This document shows positions 16,175 to 25,411 of a stretch of DNA of 64,000 nucleotides, in pieces (position 1 is the stretch's first letter; every line of letters starts with the position of its first letter). The stretch lies in assembly GCA_934746515.1 (NCBI GenBank), contig CAKVFH010000002.1, positions 65,576-129,575 of the forward strand. The letters run 5' to 3'. A model generated the notes under the pieces. It ran no database searches and was not told where the DNA came from. It worked only from the letters and a program-made list of their open reading frames with translations. Source of the DNA: an uncultured Clostridia bacterium (GTDB lineage: Bacteria > Bacillota > Clostridia > Christensenellales > UBA1242). The translations under genes and the position numbers were made by a program.

Positions 16175-18304
16175 ATGAATAAAATAAAAAAGTTTTTACT
16201 ATATTGCATATCGGGTTTGCTTGCATTTAGTTTTCTTATTTCTCCTTTTCCAAAACCAAACCAAAAAGTTGGCTCGTCTGTCGATATAATAGAAAGTGAG
16301 ATAATTGATGACAATGTTTTGAGTTATGTCACAATCTCAACAAACGGAAAAACTCTCACCACAAATGAGATTAAAACAATTGATTCCGATAATGACGGCA
16401 GAAATGATTCTTCTTTTATATTTGCAAACGGAACAATAACATTAAATTTAAAACCACTTCAATACAACTACAAACTAACCCTTGATGAGAGCTATTATTA
16501 CAAAGAAACAGAAACTGTGTCACTTGAAAAAGACACAGAAACAGGAAATTTCCCTTTATCATTTAAGTTTAAAGGCAAAGATTACAGTTATACAATCTCA
16601 GCTCAAAATATCTTAAATATTACATCAAGCCAAACACCAAACCCAATCGGCGAAAGCGATCTTATCAAAATGACTGACACAGAAAACACAAGAACCTTTA
16701 CAATCACAACCGGTTACACACTCAAAGCCGACGCACCAAATACTAGTTTTAAATTTATAGCAAGCACAAGCAATACAAAAGAATCTAACCAACAATATGC
16801 TTTAAATTTTGAACGCCCAGTTCTTGATTTTAGAACAGATGATGTAACAATGTTCACTTGCGTTGGTCTTGATGTTGGTTCAACTCCATTTGTAAACGAA
16901 AAAATTGAGCGCGAACTTTCTTATGAAAATGTCAAACTACAATTTACAAACAATAACTACACAGAAAACAACCCACTTTATTTTGACATCAACCACAATG
17001 GTTTTGTGTACACATTTAAACTCTACAGCAAAGAAATTAGTTCAAATCAATACTTATTTGTTGAATATTATGACGAACAAAAGCCTGTAAATAACACAAG
17101 TATTGCAACAAAAATCAATTCTAACACGGGAAATATTGATATTCCAGTTTACAAATTTGAAGGCGAAACAACAAACTTCAATATGTTTTCAATTGACTTT
17201 AAGAAGACCGGAAGATATGAAATTTCTGTCTATGACGAAACCTACAATTTAGGTCTAAAAAACAACAATTACTACTCAACTTCATTCTATATTAAAAATA
17301 ACGAAAGTTCTGCATTTGACAACGCTTACGCAATCATGCAAAGTTATGACGACGAAAATAATTTTCTTGATTATATTGTTAGTGAGTCAACACAAAACAC
17401 AAATGTGGAAATCACCATCAAAAACTTAAGCTATTATTTTGAAAATGATGAAGCTATCAAAAATTTTGAACCAACCGAAACACTTTCAGACCTAAATGTT
17501 ATTGAATTTATCAAAACCACCCTTTCAGGAAGTTTAAACATTCCTGAATCAACTTTCTATTCGGTTTCTGACTTGAAAAAGATTCTGGAAAAAAATCAAA
17601 ACTTTTCAATTGACTGCACAGAAGATGCATTTTACGAAATCGTTATTTATCAATTTGATGAAACCGATTATTCAATAAAAGCAAAACACAGCTATCAATT
17701 CACAATTGTTAAACAGCCAAAAATCAGTTTTACTGTTTACAATGTAAATGAAGACAACGATCCAATTTATGACCCAGTAACAAACAGGCCAAAAACAATA
17801 ATTCATGAAGCTGACACACCATACACAACCGTACCGGAAAAATATAAAATCAATATTAACTCTGATATGGAAATTTCAACATTTTTCTCAAGCAGCGCAA
17901 CAAGCACAACTACTCATTTGGAAAAAACATACCTTAATGAATATACCATAAACTATGCTATGCAAGCCGTTAAAATTGATAAAGTTAATGTTACAGTTGA
18001 TGGCAAAAATGTGGAAGCTTTGGGTCTTCAATTCTTTGGTGTTGGCGAAATTGTAGCGGAAATCACAGTAAACTCTGCAACAACAACATTCACCATTAAA
18101 TCTGGCGAAACTTTGTCTTTCACAGAGTATGGAACATATTCTGTTAGAATCACCGACTCTATGGGAACAGTTGGTATTGGCGTGTTTAAGTATGAAAAAC
18201 CTGTCAGTGTATCAGCCATTATATTGATTTCACTTGTAGGCATAATTGCCCTATCAGTCGTATTATTTATCATTTCATCTCGTGGCAAAGTAAAAACCAG
18301 ATAA
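16175..18304 (+). CDS. Large surface protein with an N-terminal signal anchor and a C-terminal TM anchor; beta-rich repeats
   Basis: The ORF-track start (16163) is TTG. ATG 16175 is preceded by GGAGA. N-terminus MNKIKKFLLYCISGLLAFSFLI. C-terminus VSAIILISLVGIIALSVVLFIISSRGKVKTR. Recurrent motifs G-Y-E-I-S-V-Y-D, Y-E-I-V-I-Y and G-T-Y-S-V-R-I-T-D suggest Ig-like beta sandwiches. Confidence 0.7.
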   Translation: MNKIKKFLLYCISGLLAFSFLISPFPKPNQKVGSSVDIIESEIIDDNVLSYVTISTNGKTLTTNEIKTIDSDNDGRNDSSFIFANGTITLNLKPLQYNYKLTLDESYYYKETETVSLEKDTETGNFPLSFKFKGKDYSYTISAQNILNITSSQTPNPIGESDLIKMTDTENTRTFTITTGYTLKADAPNTSFKFIASTSNTKESNQQYALNFERPVLDFRTDDVTMFTCVGLDVGSTPFVNEKIERELSYENVKLQFTNNNYTENNPLYFDINHNGFVYTFKLYSKEISSNQYLFVEYYDEQKPVNNTSIATKINSNTGNIDIPVYKFEGETTNFNMFSIDFKKTGRYEISVYDETYNLGLKNNNYYSTSFYIKNNESSAFDNAYAIMQSYDDENNFLDYIVSESTQNTNVEITIKNLSYYFENDEAIKNFEPTETLSDLNVIEFIKTTLSGSLNIPESTFYSVSDLKKILEKNQNFSIDCTEDAFYEIVIYQFDETDYSIKAKHSYQFTIVKQPKISFTVYNVNEDNDPIYDPVTNRPKTIIHEADTPYTTVPEKYKININSDMEISTFFSSSATSTTTHLEKTYLNEYTINYAMQAVKIDKVNVTVDGKNVEALGLQFFGVGEIVAEITVNSATTTFTIKSGETLSFTEYGTYSVRITDSMGTVGIGVFKYEKPVSVSAIILISLVGIIALSVVLFIISSRGKVKTR

Positions 18305-18357
18305 AATTAAAAATTTGTTTTTTCAAATCTCAATATAACAAATTTAATTAACAATAA

Positions 18358-18392
18358 AAGAACATTGCACCAACTGCATTGTTCTTTTTATT
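18358..18392 (+). terminator. Terminator after the surface-protein gene
   Basis: Imperfect stem AAGAACATTGCA/TGCATTGTTCTT followed by TTTTATT. Confidence 0.55.
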
Positions 18393-18558
18393 ATTCTTTT
18401 GAAAATTTACTCGCTTTACTTTTCATGTAAATAAAATTTTTTGTTTTTTACAGCAACATTTTTGCTAAATATAAAGCAAATCGAAAAAACTCTTCGCTAA
18501 ACTATCTATAATTTTAATCTTTTTTTACGAAAAAGAACTTTCGAGCATATAATTTAGT

Positions 18559-19311
18559 ATGAAAAAAAGATATATTTTGTTTATTGACAGCGGGATTGGT
18601 GGAATCACCACACTAGCAAAAACCATGAAAAAACTCAATGCAAATTTCCTGTATTTTGCAGACAACAAGTTTGCACCATTTGGCAATAAATCGGAAACTT
18701 TTTTGCATGAGCGACTTGCAAAAATCATTCAGGATATCAAACAAAAATACAGTCTAAAAATGGTCGTTTTGGCTTGTAACACCGCAACAACAACATCTAT
18801 TTCATTTTTGCGCTCGCGTTTTCCAAAAATTTTGTTTATAGGCACAGAACCAGCCACAAAAATGGCGCTAGACCGCGATTTTTCTAACCCTGCAATAATT
18901 GCAACTGTTCAAACCATTCATCATTTAGATGCTAAAAAATGCCAAAATTTTACACTAATTGAAATGAAAAATCTCGCCACACAGATTGAAAATGCATTTT
19001 CGTTTGAAAATATTAAGGGTAGATTTGAATTACTTAAGAGTATCTATGAAATTACTGAAAAAACAAAGCACAATGATTGCATAATTTTAGGTTGCACGCA
19101 CTACCCGCTCATCAAATCTAGGCTTGAAAAGCTCACCGGGAAAATCATTTTTGACGGAAACGAAGGAGTTTCTAATAGAATTGTTAATTTATATGACGAT
19201 TTTCACGCAAAAGTCAGCTTAAAAATCATGCTTTCCGCCAGAAAAAAAGGTCTAATTCAAAATTATAAAAAAATATTAAATCAAATACTTGCAAATCAAA
19301 TAAAACTGTGA
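18559..19311 (+). CDS. murI: Glutamate racemase
   Basis: Motifs DSGIGG, LACNTATT and GCTHYPLI. Confidence 0.9.
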   Translation: MKKRYILFIDSGIGGITTLAKTMKKLNANFLYFADNKFAPFGNKSETFLHERLAKIIQDIKQKYSLKMVVLACNTATTTSISFLRSRFPKILFIGTEPATKMALDRDFSNPAIIATVQTIHHLDAKKCQNFTLIEMKNLATQIENAFSFENIKGRFELLKSIYEITEKTKHNDCIILGCTHYPLIKSRLEKLTGKIIFDGNEGVSNRIVNLYDDFHAKVSLKIMLSARKKGLIQNYKKILNQILANQIKL

Positions 19312-19351
19312 TAGAATATGAACGATAATATTGCAAAGGAGCAAATGATTT

Positions 19352-19636
19352 ATGCCAATTATTAAGTCAGCTAAAAAAAGACAAGAAGTAGCAATTAGAA
19401 ACAACGAACGCAACAAAGCAGAACGCAGTGCACTTGCTACAGCAATCAAAAAGTTCAATAAAGCAATCAGTGAAAAGGATGTAGAGTTAGCAGAAAAATT
19501 ACTTCCTGAAACTTTTTCTATTATAGATGCAGAAGTTACAAGAAATATTATTCACAAGAACAAGGCTAACAACAAAAAAGCAGACCTTTCTATTGCACTC
19601 ACAAAACTTAAAGCTGAAATGTCTGAAAAAAAATAG
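19352..19636 (+). CDS. rpsT: 30S ribosomal protein S20
   Basis: MPIIKSAKKRQEVAIRNNERNKAERSAL; 94 aa and basic. Synteny with holA/comEC as in Bacillus. Confidence 0.9.
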   Translation: MPIIKSAKKRQEVAIRNNERNKAERSALATAIKKFNKAISEKDVELAEKLLPETFSIIDAEVTRNIIHKNKANNKKADLSIALTKLKAEMSEKK

Positions 19637-19645
19637 TGAATTTTT

Positions 19646-19675
19646 GAGAGAACCATTCAGTTCTCTTTTTTTGTG
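19646..19675 (+). terminator. rpsT terminator
   Basis: Stem AGAGAAC/GTTCTCT followed by a T-run. Confidence 0.75.
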
Positions 19676-19987
19676 CAATTTTTTACCTTTAATAAAACGC
19701 TTAACATGATTTTAGATTATTTTATCTTTTGTGAAAATAAAAACTGCACACTTCGTGCAATTTCAACTGCCGTTTACTCATTATTAAATGTAAACTTTGC
19801 TTGCTATTACTTACAAATTCAAAACAAGCAAAATTTTCACTTCCCTGCAAAAATCTTTTAATGCTATTTAATATCATAATAACCCTAAATCACATAATAA
19901 CTTTACATTTCATTAAAGCAATTTGATGCGCACCACTCAAAAGTTTCACGAAGCGCAATGAATTTATGGATTTTTTCTAAATATAAA

Positions 19988-20016
19988 AAGCTTAACTAAA
20001 AAATTAAAGTTAAGCT
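19988..20016. terminator. Hairpin terminator at the 3' end of the 20023 gene (possibly bidirectional)
   Basis: Stem AAGCTTAAC/GTTAAGCTT flanked by an A-run and a T-run. It lies between the convergent rpsT and the 20023 gene. Confidence 0.6.
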
Positions 20017-20022
20017 TTTTAT

Positions 20023-21417
20023 TTATTTTTTATCGCTATCTTTTTTCTTTTTTTCTGGTTTTAAAGTTTTGTCTTTCTTTATGTCATTTGCCAAAACCTG
20101 ACCAATCACATTTGCGACATCTTTATCCTTTTCTTCGCTGTCAATTTGATCTGCAATTTTAACCACTGACGACAAAAATTCAACTTCAACATCTGCATAA
20201 TATGATTTTATTGTGAGCTTGTAATAAACCATCATTGCAACGATAATCATCACAATAAATGTAACTGTTGTAACAAAAACAACAAGCTCTTCATTTGCAA
20301 AAATTTCATAGAACCAAGCGGTCTTTTTGTAAGACTTTGAAGCATTTTCTTCAAATTTTTCATCAGAAACGAGAGATTCGATTGCACAAGTTGCCCTATA
20401 CAAATTGTTTGTAATTTCGTTTTCACCAAAAGTTGTTTTGATGTAATCAAGATTATCATTTTCTGTGTATGAAACAACATTGCTACCTGTGTGTTCATTT
20501 CTGCCCATAATTATGCCGGTCTCATACTCGCCTGCAAACATGTTTATTGTTGCAATTCCGCGTTTCATGAATTTGACATTGTCTGAATCAAGACCAATAT
20601 GCGAATAGTTAAGATTTAATTCTGTTTCAACATAAGCAGCCTTGTTTAAATGAATCAAATCAACTTGTTTTGCGAAAGAAGAGCAAACTTTTGAAACATA
20701 TCTCGAATAATTTGTCTCAATCTCGTCCATGTATAAATACATATTTTTGCCGACACCAATTTTATCAATGTTTATCACAGATAGAACATTTTTAGCATCA
20801 TCTTTAGACAATCCGTTAAGATAAAAATTTGAGCCTGCATAAGAATTTTCACCAGCACCAAAGAAAACAAATTCAATGTTAAAATTAGGGCTATATTCTG
20901 GCAAAATTCTTGTTAACATCAACAAACAAGCAACACCAGAAGCACTCACATTCACTGCATCGTTGTCAAAAGAAACAAATTCTTGTTTTTCTTCGTCATA
21001 CTTTAGTGGTGCGTCGTAATTGCAAGCAATTATCAGTTTCTTTTTCGTTTCCGTTGCAGGTTTGTATTCAAAAATAATGTTTTGTGAATTGTTGTACACA
21101 CCTGTATAGTTGTTGATAAACTTGAAATTTTGAACACCATCAACTGTTGATGAATTATTTTTTGCTGTGACAAGTGTTGAATTAGCCAAAATGTAATCTT
21201 TGATATAGTTTGCAGCTTCTTTTTCATTGTCACTGCCAGCAATTCTGGTTTTATAGCTACAAAAGTTTGTTAAAATTGTTTGAACTTCAGCCGAATAGGT
21301 TTCATAAGACAATTTAAAATTCAACGCACTAGCTGAATTTGTGCTAAATGAAAAGCAACCCAAAAACATGCAAAGCGCAAAAATTAAACATAGAAATATA
21401 TTTTTTAATTTTTTCAT
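20023..21417 (-). CDS. M28-peptidase-like membrane protein with apparently degenerate metal and catalytic residues
   Basis: Signal peptide MKKLKNIFLCLIFALCMFLGC and a C-terminal TM. Blocks align with M28 motifs: IIACNYDAP (family H-x-D), VNVSASGVACLLMLTRIL (family GA-DD-SG), FVFFGAGENSYAGSNFY (family F-AEE-GL-GS). The ATG at 21417 overlaps the upstream stop (ATGA). Confidence 0.5.
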   Translation of the reverse strand: MKKLKNIFLCLIFALCMFLGCFSFSTNSASALNFKLSYETYSAEVQTILTNFCSYKTRIAGSDNEKEAANYIKDYILANSTLVTAKNNSSTVDGVQNFKFINNYTGVYNNSQNIIFEYKPATETKKKLIIACNYDAPLKYDEEKQEFVSFDNDAVNVSASGVACLLMLTRILPEYSPNFNIEFVFFGAGENSYAGSNFYLNGLSKDDAKNVLSVINIDKIGVGKNMYLYMDEIETNYSRYVSKVCSSFAKQVDLIHLNKAAYVETELNLNYSHIGLDSDNVKFMKRGIATINMFAGEYETGIIMGRNEHTGSNVVSYTENDNLDYIKTTFGENEITNNLYRATCAIESLVSDEKFEENASKSYKKTAWFYEIFANEELVVFVTTVTFIVMIIVAMMVYYKLTIKSYYADVEVEFLSSVVKIADQIDSEEKDKDVANVIGQVLANDIKKDKTLKPEKKKKDSDKK

Positions 21418-21980
21418 AGTAGCACCGCCCAAATGCTAAACAAAATGTTTATCGCTTCATAGATAAAGATTGGATAGCAGAAATTTTTAAACACAAAATG
21501 CCCCACGATTGTTTCAGAATATGCACTGTTTAGATGTTTAGCATAAAAAATCAGAACAATAAGAGTGACTAGCATATCGAAAAATGTGCTATAGTTATAC
21601 AAATATGGGCAAAGAAAACAAAGATTGTAAATTATGCCCAAAATTACATTTCTAAAAATAAAATAAATTCTTGTTTCAGCCTTAAGACTATCCATTGGCA
21701 CAATAAATGAATAAATTTTATATGACAAAACATATCTATAAATCCAAAACAAGATTTCAAAGCTTATCCAACTGATGGCAGCATCAAAAATTATGCTTCC
21801 AAAAACAACATAAAGATTAGTTTTAGAAAAAATGTCACCAAAACCATAATTAAACGAAGTCACAAATGCTGTGGTTGTTGGATAAATTGACAGCCACACG
21901 AACGACAAAATCAAAAGAGCTATATAAATCCAGCTGTTTTGTCGTGGCTTTCTAGCATACATAAAATTATCTTGATTCAT
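21414..21980 (-). CDS. Polytopic membrane protein, function unknown
   Basis: 188 aa with ~5 hydrophobic helices. Translationally coupled on both sides. Confidence 0.6.
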   Translation of the reverse strand: MNQDNFMYARKPRQNSWIYIALLILSFVWLSIYPTTTAFVTSFNYGFGDIFSKTNLYVVFGSIIFDAAISWISFEILFWIYRYVLSYKIYSFIVPMDSLKAETRIYFIFRNVILGIIYNLCFLCPYLYNYSTFFDMLVTLIVLIFYAKHLNSAYSETIVGHFVFKNFCYPIFIYEAINILFSIWAVLL

Positions 21981-22960
21981 TACTTTCCTCTTAAGTTTAG
22001 TATATTAAAAACAATAGTTTTTATTGCAATGTTTTCTTTCATCTCACCGACTTTAATTTTCCTGTCATAATCAGCAATCATATCAACAATATTCTTAAGT
22101 TGTTTTGCGCCAAAAACAGAAATTTGATTTTTAACCATTTTTATTGCAAACTCTTTAACTCCCAGCATATTTGCTAGCTCTGCCGACGATTTGTCTTTGT
22201 TCACCGCAACAAACAATGCACGGCGATAATTATTGTAAAGCGGTGACAAAATTGTGAAACCCATGCCAGCTTTAATCATTATACTGTCTATAAGTTTATT
22301 TGCGCTATCCGCGTCGCCTTTTGCAATAAATTCAGCAAGCTGAAACACTTGAAATTCTCTGTCTTGAGTCACATTTTTTTCAATAATGTCGCTCGTTAAA
22401 ACTTTTGTATCAAGCACATAAGCTGAAAGTTTTTCAAGCTCCGATGTGATTCTCGCCATATCAAAATTGCAGTATAAAATCAACTTGTCGATAACATCTT
22501 CATTAGATTCTATTTGCTGTTTTGCAAGATAGTTTTTAACGAAAGCTGAAATTGTTTTTGCATCAATCTTTGAGCAGTCAACTGACTCAATATTTTTCAT
22601 ACTTTTGAAAAATTCAGCACCATCAGGGCTAAAAAACACAAGAACTGTTGAAGAAAGTGGTTTGTTTAAATAGTCTTGAATTACTGTGAATGCCTGCTTA
22701 TCTTTGCTTGGATTGAAATTTTTGACAACCACAAGCCTATAAGCATCGCCAAATGGATAAAGATTTGCCGAATCGACAATATCTTTTGCCGAAGTGCTTT
22801 CGCCTGAAATCGTAACCGAGTTCATATCAACAATCGTCAAATTTAAGGCATTTTCAATCTTTTTTAGGGCATCATAACACAAATACCTATCGTCACCAAA
22901 AATGAGATACGCATTTTTTAAACCTTGTTTTAAACTAGATTTTAATTCAATATATTTCAT
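21980..22960 (-). CDS. holA: DNA polymerase III delta subunit
   Basis: 326 aa. N-terminus ...KNAYLIFGDDRYL. Sits directly downstream of comEC in the conserved Firmicute order. Confidence 0.7.
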   Translation of the reverse strand: MKYIELKSSLKQGLKNAYLIFGDDRYLCYDALKKIENALNLTIVDMNSVTISGESTSAKDIVDSANLYPFGDAYRLVVVKNFNPSKDKQAFTVIQDYLNKPLSSTVLVFFSPDGAEFFKSMKNIESVDCSKIDAKTISAFVKNYLAKQQIESNEDVIDKLILYCNFDMARITSELEKLSAYVLDTKVLTSDIIEKNVTQDREFQVFQLAEFIAKGDADSANKLIDSIMIKAGMGFTILSPLYNNYRRALFVAVNKDKSSAELANMLGVKEFAIKMVKNQISVFGAKQLKNIVDMIADYDRKIKVGEMKENIAIKTIVFNILNLRGK

Positions 22961-23016
22961 ATCTTACCCAAAAATATTATAACAAACATAAGTATTTTTG
23001 TCTAGTCCATTTTATA

Positions 23017-24573
23017 TCAAAAAATCATTAAACACACGATTAAACAAACCATAGCACCGGAAATTATCCACTTCGGCTTCTTTTTGATAAACACATAGTC
23101 ACTCATTATAAAAATGGTGACAAGTGAAAGCAATAGCACAATCTCGCTAACATTTTTAACACTAATCACCCAGTTTGCGCTAGCGATAAAACTATTAAAC
23201 TGCAAAACATATTTCATTCCGAAAACAAAAATATTGATAAGTGGAACTGCGATGCAAAAAATTGAACCGAAAATTATTGCAACAATAAGATAAATAAAAA
23301 GCATGCTGACAACTGGAACAGTAATCAGGTTTGCAAAGAATGAAAGCACTGGAATAGAGCCAATGTAATAAAGCTGAAAAGTAGAAACACCAATGCTTGT
23401 TGAAAAACTTAATGCTAGCATTGACGCAAGTTTGTTATAAAATATCTTTGATAGTAACCTTTTGAAAAGTGGCATTAGCAAAATTATTGATAAAACAGAA
23501 ACAAAGCTCAAAACAAACGACATGTTGAATAAGTCCAGCGGATTTATCAAAAGAATTATACAACATGCAAGCGATAGTGCAGATAAGCCGTCATACTCTT
23601 TGTTTCTGTTTGCCGCAAATAGCGCAACAATTGACATTATGCTTGCTCTGATTACTGACGGAGAAAAATTGCAAATATACGCATAAACAATAAGTATTAA
23701 GGAGATAACTGCAAGTTTTAAATGTTTATTCGTCTTTAATTTATTAAGCACAAAAGAAATGAATGCAACAATAATTGAAATGTGAAAGCCGCTGACAGCA
23801 AGCAAATGTGCAATTCCTGTTTTGTAAAAAACTCCACTAACAGAATTATCCAAAATTGTTGAATCGCCAAACAGCATCGCATAGCCAGTGCCTGAATAAA
23901 ACATATCCGTTTTACTTAAAAGTTCATAGACTGCATTTTTGATATTATCCCTAAATCCACGCGAAATTTTATTTTCTATTTTCAAGTTATACGAATAAGC
24001 ATAACCCGTTCCAACAACATCGCGCGAAATAAACGACAGATCTTTTCTATCATTCTTTCCTTCAAGAGACAAAAGCTTTGGCTCACATTTAACTTTTATA
24101 TATTGTCCGCTAACAAGTCTCTCTGTTTCAACACTATTTAGACTCAAACACAAAAAGAAATCGCCATTAAATTCTTGCGTATCTTCTGTGGTTTTTAACC
24201 TGACATCGTCAAGATAAATATAAATTTTATTTTCTTCAGTATTTCTATTTACTTTGTAGATTTTTCCTGAAATATAGCAATTATTTACATTTAAACTCTT
24301 ATTTTGATTGATAAGATTTGTTCTAGAATATATTGAAACAAAAGGAATAACCATAAATAACAAGCTTGCTGAAATCACAAGAGCAAATTTCTTTTTGACA
24401 ATTAAAAAATAGACTAAAACCGCCGCTGTGAAAGTTCCGAAAATACAAATAAAAATTATTCTTGATCTTTGCGAAATAAAAACATTGGTTGCTAAAATGA
24501 TTGAAACAATCATTGAAACAGCCAAGCAAAGTGTTGGTCTAAAATTCATCAATTTCTTCTTTTGCATTTTCAC
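23017..24573 (-). CDS. comEC: ComEC/Rec2 competence channel protein, short form lacking the C-terminal MBL domain
   Basis: Signature GIAHLLAVSGFHISIIVAF. Polytopic. Only 518 aa, with no HxHxDH motif. Confidence 0.8.
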   Translation of the reverse strand: MKMQKKKLMNFRPTLCLAVSMIVSIILATNVFISQRSRIIFICIFGTFTAAVLVYFLIVKKKFALVISASLLFMVIPFVSIYSRTNLINQNKSLNVNNCYISGKIYKVNRNTEENKIYIYLDDVRLKTTEDTQEFNGDFFLCLSLNSVETERLVSGQYIKVKCEPKLLSLEGKNDRKDLSFISRDVVGTGYAYSYNLKIENKISRGFRDNIKNAVYELLSKTDMFYSGTGYAMLFGDSTILDNSVSGVFYKTGIAHLLAVSGFHISIIVAFISFVLNKLKTNKHLKLAVISLILIVYAYICNFSPSVIRASIMSIVALFAANRNKEYDGLSALSLACCIILLINPLDLFNMSFVLSFVSVLSIILLMPLFKRLLSKIFYNKLASMLALSFSTSIGVSTFQLYYIGSIPVLSFFANLITVPVVSMLFIYLIVAIIFGSIFCIAVPLINIFVFGMKYVLQFNSFIASANWVISVKNVSEIVLLLSLVTIFIMSDYVFIKKKPKWIISGAMVCLIVCLMIF

Positions 24574-24653
24574 AGTTCAAGTTTAGTTTTTGTTGGTTCT
24601 TTTGTCAATAGAAAAAAACTTTAAAGCCCAAATAGCCTTAAAGTTCTTTGTTT

Positions 24654-25235
24654 TTATTTCTTTTTACCTAAAAAGTCGTCTTCGCCTAGATCATAGTCGT
24701 CTTCATCTTCTTCGTCATCTTCTTCATCATCATCAGAAACATCAACGACTTCAAAATCATCATCAACTGGAGCTGACTGAATTTCGTCATTTTCTTCTGC
24801 ATCTTCATCTTCCCCAGCAAAATCAATTGGAGCATCATCTTCAACAATGTCGTCTTCCGTTTTGAATGGATCTTGCTCGTCAGTAACATCAATATCACTG
24901 AAGCCTGAATTGTATTTTTCATCTTCTTCGTCGCCATCAATGTCATCTCTTGAACTGGTTAGTGATTCATCATCAGATTCTTCATCTTTCCAATCCTTGT
25001 CAGATCCATTATTTTCCGACTTGCTCTTACCTTTGCATTCATCACACATTGTCTGATCTTCAGTAATGTAGTTTTGACCGCAAATTGGGCAAAGCTCCAT
25101 GTCTTCAATATCAAGCAAATCAACATCATCACTTTCGGTGTGATGTTTCATTTCTGACTTGCAGACATAACAATAGTCTTCTCCTTCTAAAATATAGTTA
25201 AGCTCACATCTTGGACATTTTTTGTATTTTGCCAT
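24654..25235 (-). CDS. Double zinc-ribbon protein with a polyacidic C-terminal tail
   Basis: CPRC...CYVC and CPIC...CDEC motifs, followed by ~120 aa very rich in Asp/Glu (DDDEEDDEEDEDDYDLGEDD). Confidence 0.6.
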   Translation of the reverse strand: MAKYKKCPRCELNYILEGEDYCYVCKSEMKHHTESDDVDLLDIEDMELCPICGQNYITEDQTMCDECKGKSKSENNGSDKDWKDEESDDESLTSSRDDIDGDEEDEKYNSGFSDIDVTDEQDPFKTEDDIVEDDAPIDFAGEDEDAEENDEIQSAPVDDDFEVVDVSDDDEEDDEEDEDDYDLGEDDFLGKKK

Positions 25236-25411
25236 AAATTGCTCCTAATCAAATATTTTTCGTCCATATAGTATAACAAATTCACCAATTTGTAAACTAC
25301 TTTAATTAAAATTTATTGTTTTTTTTACTTTTATATTGTATTAAGATTTAAAAAAAATATACACAAAAAAAAGAAATAGAATTAACTATTTCTTTTTCTA
25401 TTAAATATAAC

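Noticed and set aside
24590-25056. His/Leu-rich and Ser-rich plus-strand ORFs (24590..24865, 24847..25056).
   Set aside because: They are antisense to the GAT/GAA-rich polyacidic tail of the 24654..25235 gene, so they are a compositional artefact.
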